Origin: Escherichia phage phiD2-2
Direction: 5' to 3' (one strand)
Sequence record: OR861627.1
DNA: 49,337 bases
Shown: positions 7,754-15,044 of the stretch, piece by piece
How the letters are laid out: each line of letters starts with the position of its first letter
Position numbering within the stretch: position 1 is the first letter of the stretch
The notes under the pieces: generated by a model
Told to the model about the DNA's origin: nothing
Database searches by the model: none
What the model saw: the letters and a program-made list of their open reading frames with translations, nothing else
Program-made: the position numbers and the translations under genes

Positions 7754-8154
7754 ATTACACTTTACCTTGTCACGGATGTAATATTTGTCTAGAATCGCAC
7801 TTGTGACAAAATTACACACTGTGACGCCTCTAAATATACATATAGATATATGTATCTATATAATATATATAGTGTTTTTTTTATTTATATATATAGATAA
7901 TTATATTGTAATAGTTGTGTATAGTTGTCTTACATTGTCTAGCGTACTGTTGGCATATTTCTATCTGCATGTTTATATATACAGTACTTTTTTGAGAGCT
8001 ATATATTTCTATAGTGACTCTAGACAGCTAGACAAATGTTACACGGCTTAAAATTGGCTCGCAGGCATTGACAGCTCTACATCGCAATGTCACAATGGCA
8101 ATTGTTGGCACATTATGACACCATTTACACACGAATAGACAAAGAGGGTATATT
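7754..8154. promoter_or_regulatory. AT-rich divergent control hub 1 with GTGTAA/TGTCTA-type repeats
   Basis: Alternating TA tract (7840-7910), TTGTCAC/GTGACA repeats, GTGTAACATTTGTCTAG in reverse orientation near 8027-8046, TTGACA near 8069. Confidence 0.5.
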
Positions 8155-8670
8155 ATGAGCAACACCAATCAGGAATTAAAAATCACCGATATGATTCGAC
8201 TAACCTGCGATGCAATGTATCGCGACAAAGGCATGAATGAGTTCTCTTTCGTGGCTGATGATATGGCCCTCGAGGCCGCGCGATTCTACTTCCGTGACCA
8301 GGAGGTAAGTGATAGCGATCTTGAATCTGCCGCTGCCGGATGGGTGGACCAGAACCAGGGTGAGGTGGAGAAGCGATTCAAGTCTGCTTTCATTACGCCA
8401 ATCATTACCCGGCACTTTTGCAAGTATGGCAAGGTGGCAAAGGTGAAGGTAGGCCGGAATGACGCTGCAATCACAATGATAACGGTTATCGTTACCGACG
8501 AAGAGATTCCCGTGAAGAAGCGCCGCAGCCGGAAAAAAGTTAGCCTGGCCGACTGCCTGGATTCGTTTGATGTTGATGTTGGCAAGCTATCGGATAGCGA
8601 GTTAATGGTTCGCGACGTGAATGAGATCGTACGCCAGATGAAAGCACATATCGAAAAGTGCGGGCTGTAA
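8155..8670 (+). CDS. hypothetical protein (171 aa), first rightward early gene
   Basis: Track ORF with AAGAGGG RBS; acidic patches. Confidence 0.6.
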   Translation: MSNTNQELKITDMIRLTCDAMYRDKGMNEFSFVADDMALEAARFYFRDQEVSDSDLESAAAGWVDQNQGEVEKRFKSAFITPIITRHFCKYGKVAKVKVGRNDAAITMITVIVTDEEIPVKKRRSRKKVSLADCLDSFDVDVGKLSDSELMVRDVNEIVRQMKAHIEKCGL

Positions 8671-8684
8671 CGCTGATAGGTGAA

Positions 8685-8760
8685 ATAGCACTTTTTGTTA
8701 AAGCCCGGTCGAGCGGATCGGGTATTATCTTCTCATTGACACGATACAGAGGAATCGAAG
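8685..8760 (+). promoter_or_regulatory. gene-boundary cassette
   Basis: ATAGCACTTTTTGTTAAAG, hairpin CCCGG..CGGG, TATTAT, CAGAGGAAT. Confidence 0.5.
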
Positions 8761-8955
8761 ATGGAAACGCAAATTGACGTAGTGGTTGTTCAGCGAGACT
8801 CAACTCATGAAAAGGGTCTGTTCAAGAAAGGAACCGAAATCACGATCGACCTTGAGGATATGGTTGCGTATCACTCTGGCCTCACTTGGAACGTGGTGCG
8901 CGTAGGCAGCGACTACAAACTCAAAGGCTTTAACACTTACTTTGCGGAGGTTTAA
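8761..8955 (+). CDS. hypothetical protein (64 aa)
   Basis: Track ORF with cassette and GAGGAA RBS upstream. Confidence 0.55.
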   Translation: METQIDVVVVQRDSTHEKGLFKKGTEITIDLEDMVAYHSGLTWNVVRVGSDYKLKGFNTYFAEV

Positions 8956-8957
8956 TT

Positions 8958-9428
8958 ATGGCGACAATTACCGTATTTCTTGCTAAAGATGAGCTTGATG
9001 GCGAAATGTCATTCTTCGCGTTTGAGCATAAAACCGGCTCGCACTGGCACACTTACAGCCATTACACGGTTATCTCAATTGAAGCGTACGACGGCGAACT
9101 GCTCACTGATAAACTGAGTAATTTCATTGAAGCCGTTAAAGCTAGCGGCGGCTGCGAGTGGAAGGAAGATCACGAAGTTATGCGAATGTTTGAGATGGTC
9201 AATCCGGTTCGCCTTGAGTCGTTCGAGCTTGATGCTAATGTGACTATCAAGGTGAGAAAGTCGGGTGAGTTATTGCCAGGGATGCGTGTACTGACTGGTT
9301 ACTCTGGCCGTAAGGTGTGGCGCACTGTATCCAAGATTCGCCAGCGCTCGGCAACATGCTATAGCGTATTCTTTGATGATGGTTGGAATATGATGTCCGG
9401 TAGTGAGGTAAAGTATCTCACCAAATAG
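8958..9428 (+). CDS. hypothetical protein (156 aa)
   Basis: Track ORF with GGAGG RBS; TAG stop lies inside the downstream palindrome. Confidence 0.6.
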   Translation: MATITVFLAKDELDGEMSFFAFEHKTGSHWHTYSHYTVISIEAYDGELLTDKLSNFIEAVKASGGCEWKEDHEVMRMFEMVNPVRLESFELDANVTIKVRKSGELLPGMRVLTGYSGRKVWRTVSKIRQRSATCYSVFFDDGWNMMSGSEVKYLTK

Positions 9429-9506
9429 CACGAATTGTTAAAACCTGATCGGGGTATCTTGCTATAGTTACCCCATCGAAACGAGATACCAATCAGAGGA
9501 ATAACC
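9425..9506 (+). promoter_or_regulatory. gene-boundary cassette (upstream stop TAG inside palindrome)
   Basis: ATAGCACGAATTGTTAAAAC, hairpin GGGGTA/TACCCC enclosing TGcTATAGT, CATCGAAACGAG, CCAATCAGAGGAAT. Confidence 0.6.
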
Positions 9507-9737
9507 ATGTCAATCGTCAAGAACCAGCAAGCCATCGATTCAACCAACAACAACCGCTTTGCTATTTTCATCACTCGCGACAACAAGCGTTTTGCGGTCA
9601 AGGTAGTACCGGGTGGATACAATACATACATGGAAGGTAACGGAAAATGGGTTCGGTGTGACAACCTCTCAAACTTCCTGGTCTGGAATGCAGAACTCCA
9701 GGGATTTGATGATATCAGCACTTTAATTGAGGAGTAA
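9507..9737 (+). CDS. hypothetical protein (76 aa)
   Basis: Track ORF preceded by cassette and CCAATCAGAGGAAT leader. Confidence 0.55.
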   Translation: MSIVKNQQAIDSTNNNRFAIFITRDNKRFAVKVVPGGYNTYMEGNGKWVRCDNLSNFLVWNAELQGFDDISTLIEE

Positions 9738-9742
9738 TAATC

Positions 9743-9970
9743 ATGCCACGTTACAGCAACCTAACTCAACTAACCCGCGTCAACGGGCACATGATCCCGG
9801 CTAAATCTACTCACTGCGCGAAAGGCGCAAAGCACGGATTATATTTCAAGTGGCGCGGCCAATGGAACTTCACAGCTGTGAATAATTTCTACATGCGAGT
9901 TCCAGGTGATGACCCGCAATCAGTAGTAGAAAACTCAATCGGTGACAACAAGATCGAGGTACTAAAATGA
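9743..9970 (+). CDS. hypothetical protein (75 aa)
   Basis: Track ORF with GAGGAG RBS. Confidence 0.55.
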   Translation: MPRYSNLTQLTRVNGHMIPAKSTHCAKGAKHGLYFKWRGQWNFTAVNNFYMRVPGDDPQSVVENSIGDNKIEVLK

Positions 9971-10077
9971 ACTTTAATACAGTAGCGCTATGGTCTGCCG
10001 TCTGGTTCTTCTGCATGGGTCACGTCATGGTCGGCATCGTGGTAATGCTTCTCCTGTGTGCGGGGGCGTTCGAATGA
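9967..10077 (+). CDS. small hydrophobic membrane peptide (about 36 aa)
   Basis: Hand-translated (MNFNTVALWSAVWFFCMGHVMVGIVVMLLLCAGAFE); ATGA start/stop overlaps on both sides; below track cutoff. Confidence 0.35.
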   Translation: MNFNTVALWSAVWFFCMGHVMVGIVVMLLLCAGAFE

Positions 10078-10247
10078 TGCGTATATTGATTTGCATGATG
10101 GCTGCTGTCGCCCTGACTATCCTGGTAGTGTCCGGCTGCGGCGAGGTCAAAGAGCGATGCCATGAAACCGGGAGCCAGGTTACTACTTTCGTGATGGTTG
10201 GCAACGTATTGCTACCAATCACATCAAATGAAATCACTTGCGAATAG
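10074..10247 (+). CDS. small putative lipoprotein (about 57 aa)
   Basis: Track ORF 9990..10247 trimmed to MMRILICMMAAVALTILVVSGC, a signal peptide with lipobox-like VVSGC. Confidence 0.4.
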   Translation: MMRILICMMAAVALTILVVSGCGEVKERCHETGSQVTTFVMVGNVLLPITSNEITCE

Positions 10248-10281
10248 GATGTTAAAATGGCTGATTTTATGCACCAAATGA

Positions 10282-10449
10282 TTGGCAGTATTCAAATGTA
10301 GTGATGACCAGGAAGTTAAAGAGTGCTTTACCGTTGACAAGCCTTATAACGCATCGCTAACCAGCTTCGGGAACATCTCATTGCTTGATGATAATGGCGA
10401 CCCCTGGATATTCGACGAAGACACCGATTGCTTCGAAATTAAAGAATAG
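10282..10449 (+). CDS. possible small acidic protein (about 55 aa), TTG start
   Basis: Hand-translated open frame ending at the TAG inside the 10447 palindrome; no convincing RBS. Confidence 0.25.
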   Translation: MAVFKCSDDQEVKECFTVDKPYNASLTSFGNISLLDDNGDPWIFDEDTDCFEIKE

Positions 10450-10520
10450 CACTTTTTGTTAAAAATAAATTCCGGGGTTGCGATATAGTAACCCCATCGA
10501 CAACGAACGAGGACGATAGC
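10447..10520 (+). promoter_or_regulatory. gene-boundary cassette
   Basis: TAGCACTTTTTGTTAAAAA, hairpin GGGGTT/AACCCC enclosing TATAGT, CATCGACAACGAACGAGG. Confidence 0.55.
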
Positions 10521-11009
10521 ATGAAAATCAAATTAATTTGCACTGGCGGTTACAAGGGATTTACCCGAGATCTGGAAGCGGACCCTATCGTGGTTGATGC
10601 GGTGAAGTGTGATTCCAGTACTGGAGGCTACCGTGTTAAGGTTGACGATCTGGTAAAAGCTGGCGTGTACGATCTTGATTATGGGCTTTCGGTTAGCCCG
10701 GTATTTGGTCCGGCCGACTTCAACGAGAAAGACGGAACGATGTTCTTTTTTGAGTGGGAAGTGCAAGCGAACGTCAAGCCTCGTAAGGTTCGACTTCTCA
10801 ACAATGGCGGCTACCCGATGAGACCAGGTTATGAGAATCGCACGTTCCCAGTTATTGTGGACTTCACCGAAATCACTAACAAACTGGTCTACGTCAGCAA
10901 TGAGCATTTCCAGGCTGTAGGATTCACTGGCGGTATGCATAAAGAAGCGCTGTGCTTCGTTCGAGAAGAAATGCACGGTTACTATTCTGAGTGCGAGTTA
11001 GTTTACTAA
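10521..11009 (+). CDS. hypothetical protein (162 aa)
   Basis: Track ORF with cassette and GAGGA RBS. Confidence 0.6.
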   Translation: MKIKLICTGGYKGFTRDLEADPIVVDAVKCDSSTGGYRVKVDDLVKAGVYDLDYGLSVSPVFGPADFNEKDGTMFFFEWEVQANVKPRKVRLLNNGGYPMRPGYENRTFPVIVDFTEITNKLVYVSNEHFQAVGFTGGMHKEALCFVREEMHGYYSECELVY

Positions 11010-11080
11010 GAACGAATTGTTAAAAGGGGATTTGGCCTGACTGGTATAATCCCCGCATAAACCACTAAGAGGAAAGCATC
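11008..11080 (+). promoter_or_regulatory. gene-boundary cassette (degenerate palindrome)
   Basis: TAAGAACGAATTGTTAAAAG, hairpin GGGGATT/AATCCCC enclosing TGgTATAAT, AAGAGGAAA. Confidence 0.5.
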
Positions 11081-11587
11081 ATGTTAAAATTAGAAGACGT
11101 AAAATTCCCGATTAAATTTATCAGCCTGGGTTGCGGTGAAATTACATTCACCAGTGAAGATAAAGGCAAGTTGGCCACTGGTGAGGTGTCTCAGCTTAAG
11201 TTGGATTGGTTTATCAATCGGCACAATGAAGTAAATCCTGAAAACTCAGCCAAGAAGGATTACCATTACATTATTAGTTGTAGTTATGATGCGTACGGAA
11301 AGTATGATGGTTGGAAAACTGATCGATCCATCTTCCACCCCTCAAAGCCAGAAGTCGAGCCATCGCTACAATGCACTCAGATCGAGAACATGCCATTGAG
11401 CGCTACGCTAAAGGGCGTCCAACTTGATAGCGAATCCTGGGCCGAGATTACAGCCACACCTAAAACTATTGAGGTACATGATGATGTGGTGATTCTCCTG
11501 TTGCATTACGGCAGCTTTAAGCACAAAACGGTATCAGGTGAAATCAGCATTAAGCGCGGAACGCTTGTACGATATGAGGTGAAATAA
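11081..11587 (+). CDS. hypothetical protein (168 aa)
   Basis: Track ORF with AAGAGGAAA RBS. Confidence 0.6.
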   Translation: MLKLEDVKFPIKFISLGCGEITFTSEDKGKLATGEVSQLKLDWFINRHNEVNPENSAKKDYHYIISCSYDAYGKYDGWKTDRSIFHPSKPEVEPSLQCTQIENMPLSATLKGVQLDSESWAEITATPKTIEVHDDVVILLLHYGSFKHKTVSGEISIKRGTLVRYEVK

Positions 11588-11736
11588 TGGCTGCGTGGGT
11601 CTTGATTATCTTGATGAGTACCGGTCCGGATCACGTATACATGGAAAGTCAGCAATCATGCAACAAGGCTCGGGAGGTGATTTCAGAGAACAAGCCGTTC
11701 GGATACGAAGTAAAAACGATGTGCGTTAAACGATAG
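11587..11736 (+). CDS. small membrane protein (about 49 aa)
   Basis: Hand-translated; ATG overlaps upstream TAA; hydrophobic N-terminus (AAWVLIILMSTG); TAG stop inside the 11733 palindrome. Confidence 0.35.
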   Translation: MAAWVLIILMSTGPDHVYMESQQSCNKAREVISENKPFGYEVKTMCVKR

Positions 11737-11816
11737 CACGAATTGCTAAACCTTCCGCAAGGCCATTTGATATAGTGGCCTTATTGAAGCAGAGCGACCA
11801 ATCAGAGGAATCGGCT
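11733..11816 (+). promoter_or_regulatory. gene-boundary cassette
   Basis: ATAGCACGAATTGCTAAAC, hairpin AAGGCCA/TGGCCTT enclosing TGaTATAGT, CCAATCAGAGGAAT. Confidence 0.6.
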
Positions 11817-12116
11817 ATGAAAATCAGATTAACCAGTAGCTACTTTAACCGTGAATCTTTCAATCAGTACATAATCACAGACGGAATGAATACAGGCATC
11901 GTCCTTGATGTATCCCACAACATTGGCGACGTTATGTTTGTATCAGCAACTGAGCTTGCAAAGTACGCAAAGCCAGAACATCGCCACCTGGCAGAGCCGC
12001 ACTTGAGCGATGGAAAGGTTACAGATTACGCATTCACCAAAGGTGAGTATGAAATCGTGAGATCTGGACCTTTCAGATTCTGGAACAAACTTAAATCAGG
12101 GGAGTTATTCAAATGA
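11817..12116 (+). CDS. hypothetical protein (about 99 aa)
   Basis: Track ORF 11775..12116 trimmed to ATG (MKIRLTSSYF) after CCAATCAGAGGAAT leader. Confidence 0.55.
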   Translation: MKIRLTSSYFNRESFNQYIITDGMNTGIVLDVSHNIGDVMFVSATELAKYAKPEHRHLAEPHLSDGKVTDYAFTKGEYEIVRSGPFRFWNKLKSGELFK

Positions 12117-12400
12117 GCAAAACTCATAAGTTAAAAATCGCCCCTGTACATTTCATTGGTGTAATGAACGGAACCAAAACGGCAGAGTTCCGCATCAATG
12201 ACCGAAACTTCCAATCTGGCGATATCCTGGAGCTATGCGAGTTCGATCGAGATGAGTTTACCGGGTGGGAAGTTCACGCCAGGGTATCCGATGTTACCGA
12301 TGTGACGCCATACATCAATCGCGGGTATGACGAGCAAGAATGCGACTTCACGCAATACGTGATGTTATCAATCAAGCCTTACAGGAAGGTTAGACCATGA
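12113..12400 (+). CDS. ASCH/PUA-like domain protein (95 aa)
   Basis: G-x-K-x-x-E-x-R followed by GD (NGTKTAEFRINDRNFQSGDILEL) matches the ASCH signature as I recall it. Confidence 0.5.
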   Translation: MSKTHKLKIAPVHFIGVMNGTKTAEFRINDRNFQSGDILELCEFDRDEFTGWEVHARVSDVTDVTPYINRGYDEQECDFTQYVMLSIKPYRKVRP

Positions 12401-13035
12401 AATTTGAATGTGTGCTTAGTAACGGATCTGGATTTAAGTACGGCAAAATCTACGAAGGCGCTCGCGTCAATTGCAACAGCTTCGTTATCACGGATGAGCG
12501 CGGTAGAAATGTTAACGTTGTCCGGCGTCACGAATACCAGGAAATTTTCCTGCCGTACGGCAATAGTTCAAAATACATCTTCCATCGAATCGTTGATGGT
12601 GTTAAATTTAAAGACGTAATCGAAGCAATCAACCAACTTCATAATAAAGAGGTAAAATTTATGAAATTCGAATGTATCAGCGATAACACCAAAAAATTTA
12701 CTGTTGGCAAAATTTACGATGTTCCCTCTGAGCACGCTAAGCACACGGCTGTAATTACCGACGACACGGGCCGCCACCGCATTGCAACCGTAACGCACAA
12801 CGGTGAAGGTCTTCGCTGGAATAGCGGCGGCACTAAGTTCGCAACGTTCGGCAAGAAGCGCAAGCGCACTTTCTGCGTCAAGGGCAATGTTGCGGCGAAC
12901 AAGACCCACAACGACAAGGCGTCACAAGTTGACCGCAAGCCAGCATTGAAGTTTGAAGAGAAAGCGGATTTATCCGGCCTGGCTGTTGCGCTTGTTCTCC
13001 TGGTAGCTTCGATTTCGCTGATGTTCATCATGTAA
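12397..13035 (+). CDS. membrane-anchored protein with tandem duplicated domain (212 aa)
   Basis: Two copies of an MKFEC...GKIY...ITD..GR module starting at residues 1 and 89; C-terminal TM helix LAVALVLLVASISLMFIM; internal ATG at about 12661 has its own AAAGAGG RBS. Confidence 0.6.
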   Translation: MKFECVLSNGSGFKYGKIYEGARVNCNSFVITDERGRNVNVVRRHEYQEIFLPYGNSSKYIFHRIVDGVKFKDVIEAINQLHNKEVKFMKFECISDNTKKFTVGKIYDVPSEHAKHTAVITDDTGRHRIATVTHNGEGLRWNSGGTKFATFGKKRKRTFCVKGNVAANKTHNDKASQVDRKPALKFEEKADLSGLAVALVLLVASISLMFIM

Positions 13036-13040
13036 TTTTA

Positions 13041-13076
13041 ACGGGGAATCGGATCTGAACGGTTCCCCTTTCTTTT
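13041..13076 (+). terminator. rho-independent terminator
   Basis: Stem GGGGAA/TTCCCC then TTTCTTTT. Confidence 0.6.
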
Positions 13077-13088
13077 GGAGAAAACACT

Positions 13089-13199
13089 ATGCCAGACTTT
13101 TCTAACTGGAATAACGAGCCGCCATCATTTCAGGAGTTGCTATTTTGCCTCCTGGTCCTGACATTATCTCTTAAGGGTGTTTTATGGCTACTATCATAA
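13089..13199 (+). CDS. possible small hydrophobic peptide (about 36 aa)
   Basis: Hand-translated ORF after a terminator, GGAG RBS; overlaps start of next ORF. Confidence 0.25.
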   Translation: MPDFSNWNNEPPSFQELLFCLLVLTLSLKGVLWLLS

Positions 13200-13402
13200 C
13201 CGCAGAAGATGCGGCGCGTGACGCAGTGGAAGGAATGCGCCCAAATACCTCCAGAATCGCCCACTACTACAAGTTTGAGGTGTCGGCAGTGCAATTGGTC
13301 CACGAAATTTTAAGGCTCCCACAAGTCGATTCAGCGCGAGTAGTGACGTGCTTAAAAAATTATTTTTGCATCACTATTAAAACGAATAGCACGAATTGCT
13401 AA
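13184..13402 (+). CDS. hypothetical protein (72 aa)
   Basis: Track ORF; stop is the TAA inside the 13386 palindrome. Confidence 0.45.
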   Translation: MATIITAEDAARDAVEGMRPNTSRIAHYYKFEVSAVQLVHEILRLPQVDSARVVTCLKNYFCITIKTNSTNC

Positions 13403-13469
13403 AACTTGCTCAAGGGTATTTGATAGAATGCCCTTCGTTGAGTTAAGCAACCAATCAGAGGAATAAATC
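13386..13469 (+). promoter_or_regulatory. gene-boundary cassette
   Basis: ATAGCACGAATTGCTAAAAC, hairpin AGGGTA/TGCCCT enclosing TGaTAGAAT, CCAATCAGAGGAAT. Confidence 0.6.
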
Positions 13470-14081
13470 ATGGATAAAATTACCATTTGGGGCCAGACTG
13501 TCAACCTGTTTCTAGGTACTCGCCGTGTGGCAATCTTTGACTTCGACGGAACGCTGAGTGACGGCTCAAAACGTCTTCACCTGCTACCGACAAAAGATTT
13601 GCACTTGACTGAAAGCTGGTCTGAGTTTAACCGCGCGGCAATATTTGATAACCCAATCCAAAGCACGATCGACGTAATGAACTCCATGTATGCCGCTGGT
13701 TATCATGTGATAATTTTAACCGGGAGAAGCGATGAGGTGCGTTACGCATCTGAGTTATGGCTTAAGCATCACGGCGCAAGATATGATTACTTAGTCATGA
13801 GGCCGCATACCGACAACCGCAAAGACACGGTAATGAAAGAAGAGGCGGTGCGCGCGATCGGCGTTGATAACATTCTGGCAGCTTGGGATGACTCACCGCA
13901 AATTATTCCATTATTCCGATCGCTTGGAATAACCACGTATGCCGTAGTTGACTATGGCGATAACGTTCACGATCATTTAAAATCTCACGGGGTGGATGAG
14001 GTTTGCAATCATGAACCATCTGAGCCGCTACCGCCATTTGGCGATAAAATATGCATTAAGTGCAAGGAGTTATTGAAGTGA
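13470..14081 (+). CDS. HAD-superfamily phosphatase, resembles the 3'-phosphatase domain of T4 polynucleotide kinase/phosphatase
   Basis: Motif I FDFDGTL, motif II-like ILTGRS, downstream NRKDTVMKEE and AWDDSPQII...VVDYGD; resemblance to T4 Pnkp C-domain is from memory. Confidence 0.6.
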   Translation: MDKITIWGQTVNLFLGTRRVAIFDFDGTLSDGSKRLHLLPTKDLHLTESWSEFNRAAIFDNPIQSTIDVMNSMYAAGYHVIILTGRSDEVRYASELWLKHHGARYDYLVMRPHTDNRKDTVMKEEAVRAIGVDNILAAWDDSPQIIPLFRSLGITTYAVVDYGDNVHDHLKSHGVDEVCNHEPSEPLPPFGDKICIKCKELLK

Positions 14082-14191
14082 ACCTGTACGAATTTATTGC
14101 AGCACATCCTGTATTGACGGTTATCATCCTGTTAATCATCAATCACACTATCATCAATGTGGCAAAATTATTTTTAGGGAGATACTAACAT
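14078..14191 (+). CDS. possible small membrane peptide (about 37 aa)
   Basis: Hand-translated GTG-start ORF between phosphatase and kinase (VNLYEFIAAHPVLTVIILLIINHTIINVAKLFLGRY). Confidence 0.25.
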
Positions 14192-14762
14192 GAAAACAGC
14201 TATCATTTTAAACGGCGCACCTGGAGCGGGAAAAGACACTATCGGATGCATCCTTGCTGACACTTACGATCACGTAGCCTTGCGCAGCTTCAAAGCGCCA
14301 ATGTTTGAGATTGCCAGGGCAATCCTGGGTGAAGCTAACTACGAGTATTTCATGTTCTTGTATGAGGACCGTCGATATAAAGAAGAGCCAGCATCAATCC
14401 TGAACGGTAAAAGCCCGCGCCAGTTTATGATCTGGATTAGCGAGGAAGTCATCAAGCCGCAGTTCGGAAATCGCTTCTTCGGTATGCGAGCGGAAAGCAA
14501 GGTGAAAGAGTCGCACTCCCTTTCGGTATTTACTGATGGTGGATTCAAAGACGAAATCTTGCAGATGATTGAAGGTGATATCCAGGTCAAGCTATGTCGA
14601 ATACATCGCAACGGTTGCAGCTTTGATAACGACAGCCGCGACTATATCTATCTTGACGACATGATCGGGGTTAACGGTTATCAGGAATGTGACTTCTTTT
14701 CTGTCGAAGGTCATCCAGAAATTACCGCTCAGCACATAGCCGCCACGTTCATCAATAAATAG
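14190..14762 (+). CDS. deoxynucleoside monophosphate kinase-like P-loop kinase (T4 gp1-like)
   Basis: P-loop GAPGAGKDT, FKAPMFEIARAILG and LNGKSP motifs resemble T4 gene 1 dNMP kinase from memory; GGGAGA RBS. Confidence 0.55.
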   Translation: MKTAIILNGAPGAGKDTIGCILADTYDHVALRSFKAPMFEIARAILGEANYEYFMFLYEDRRYKEEPASILNGKSPRQFMIWISEEVIKPQFGNRFFGMRAESKVKESHSLSVFTDGGFKDEILQMIEGDIQVKLCRIHRNGCSFDNDSRDYIYLDDMIGVNGYQECDFFSVEGHPEITAQHIAATFINK

Positions 14763-14834
14763 CACGAATTGCTAAAACGTCGATGGGGTGATTTGATATA
14801 GTTACCTCATCGACAACGAAGAGAGAAAATCTAA
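14760..14834 (+). promoter_or_regulatory. gene-boundary cassette
   Basis: TAGCACGAATTGCTAAAAC, hairpin enclosing TGaTATAGT, CATCGACAACGAAGAGAG. Confidence 0.6.
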
Positions 14835-15044
14835 ATGACGGTATCAACTGATAAGTTTTTCACTTGCACTAAAACTTCTGAAGTATTCGAACTGGTTCAT
14901 ACTGATAATGGTGATTTCATGCATGACGGTTGCGACGTTTTCATTGAAGTGAAAGAAAGCGACTATGACGACGGAGTTTATTACAGCCCGGCAGTTAACA
15001 CGCAGTTTTTTACCCCGATCGAGGAAGATGGAGAAGAGGCATGA
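14835..15044 (+). CDS. hypothetical protein (69 aa)
   Basis: Track ORF with cassette upstream. Confidence 0.5.
   Translation: MTVSTDKFFTCTKTSEVFELVHTDNGDFMHDGCDVFIEVKESDYDDGVYYSPAVNTQFFTPIEEDGEEA

Noticed and set aside
7776-7816. CRP-like site TGTGA-N6-TACAC in hub 1
   Set aside because: Second half-site does not match TCACA; the surrounding TGTCAC/GTGACA repeats are better explained as phage-specific repeats.
8685-8728. TTGTTA of the palindrome plus TATTAT as a conventional promoter
   Set aside because: Spacer is 22 bp; retained only as part of the cassette description.
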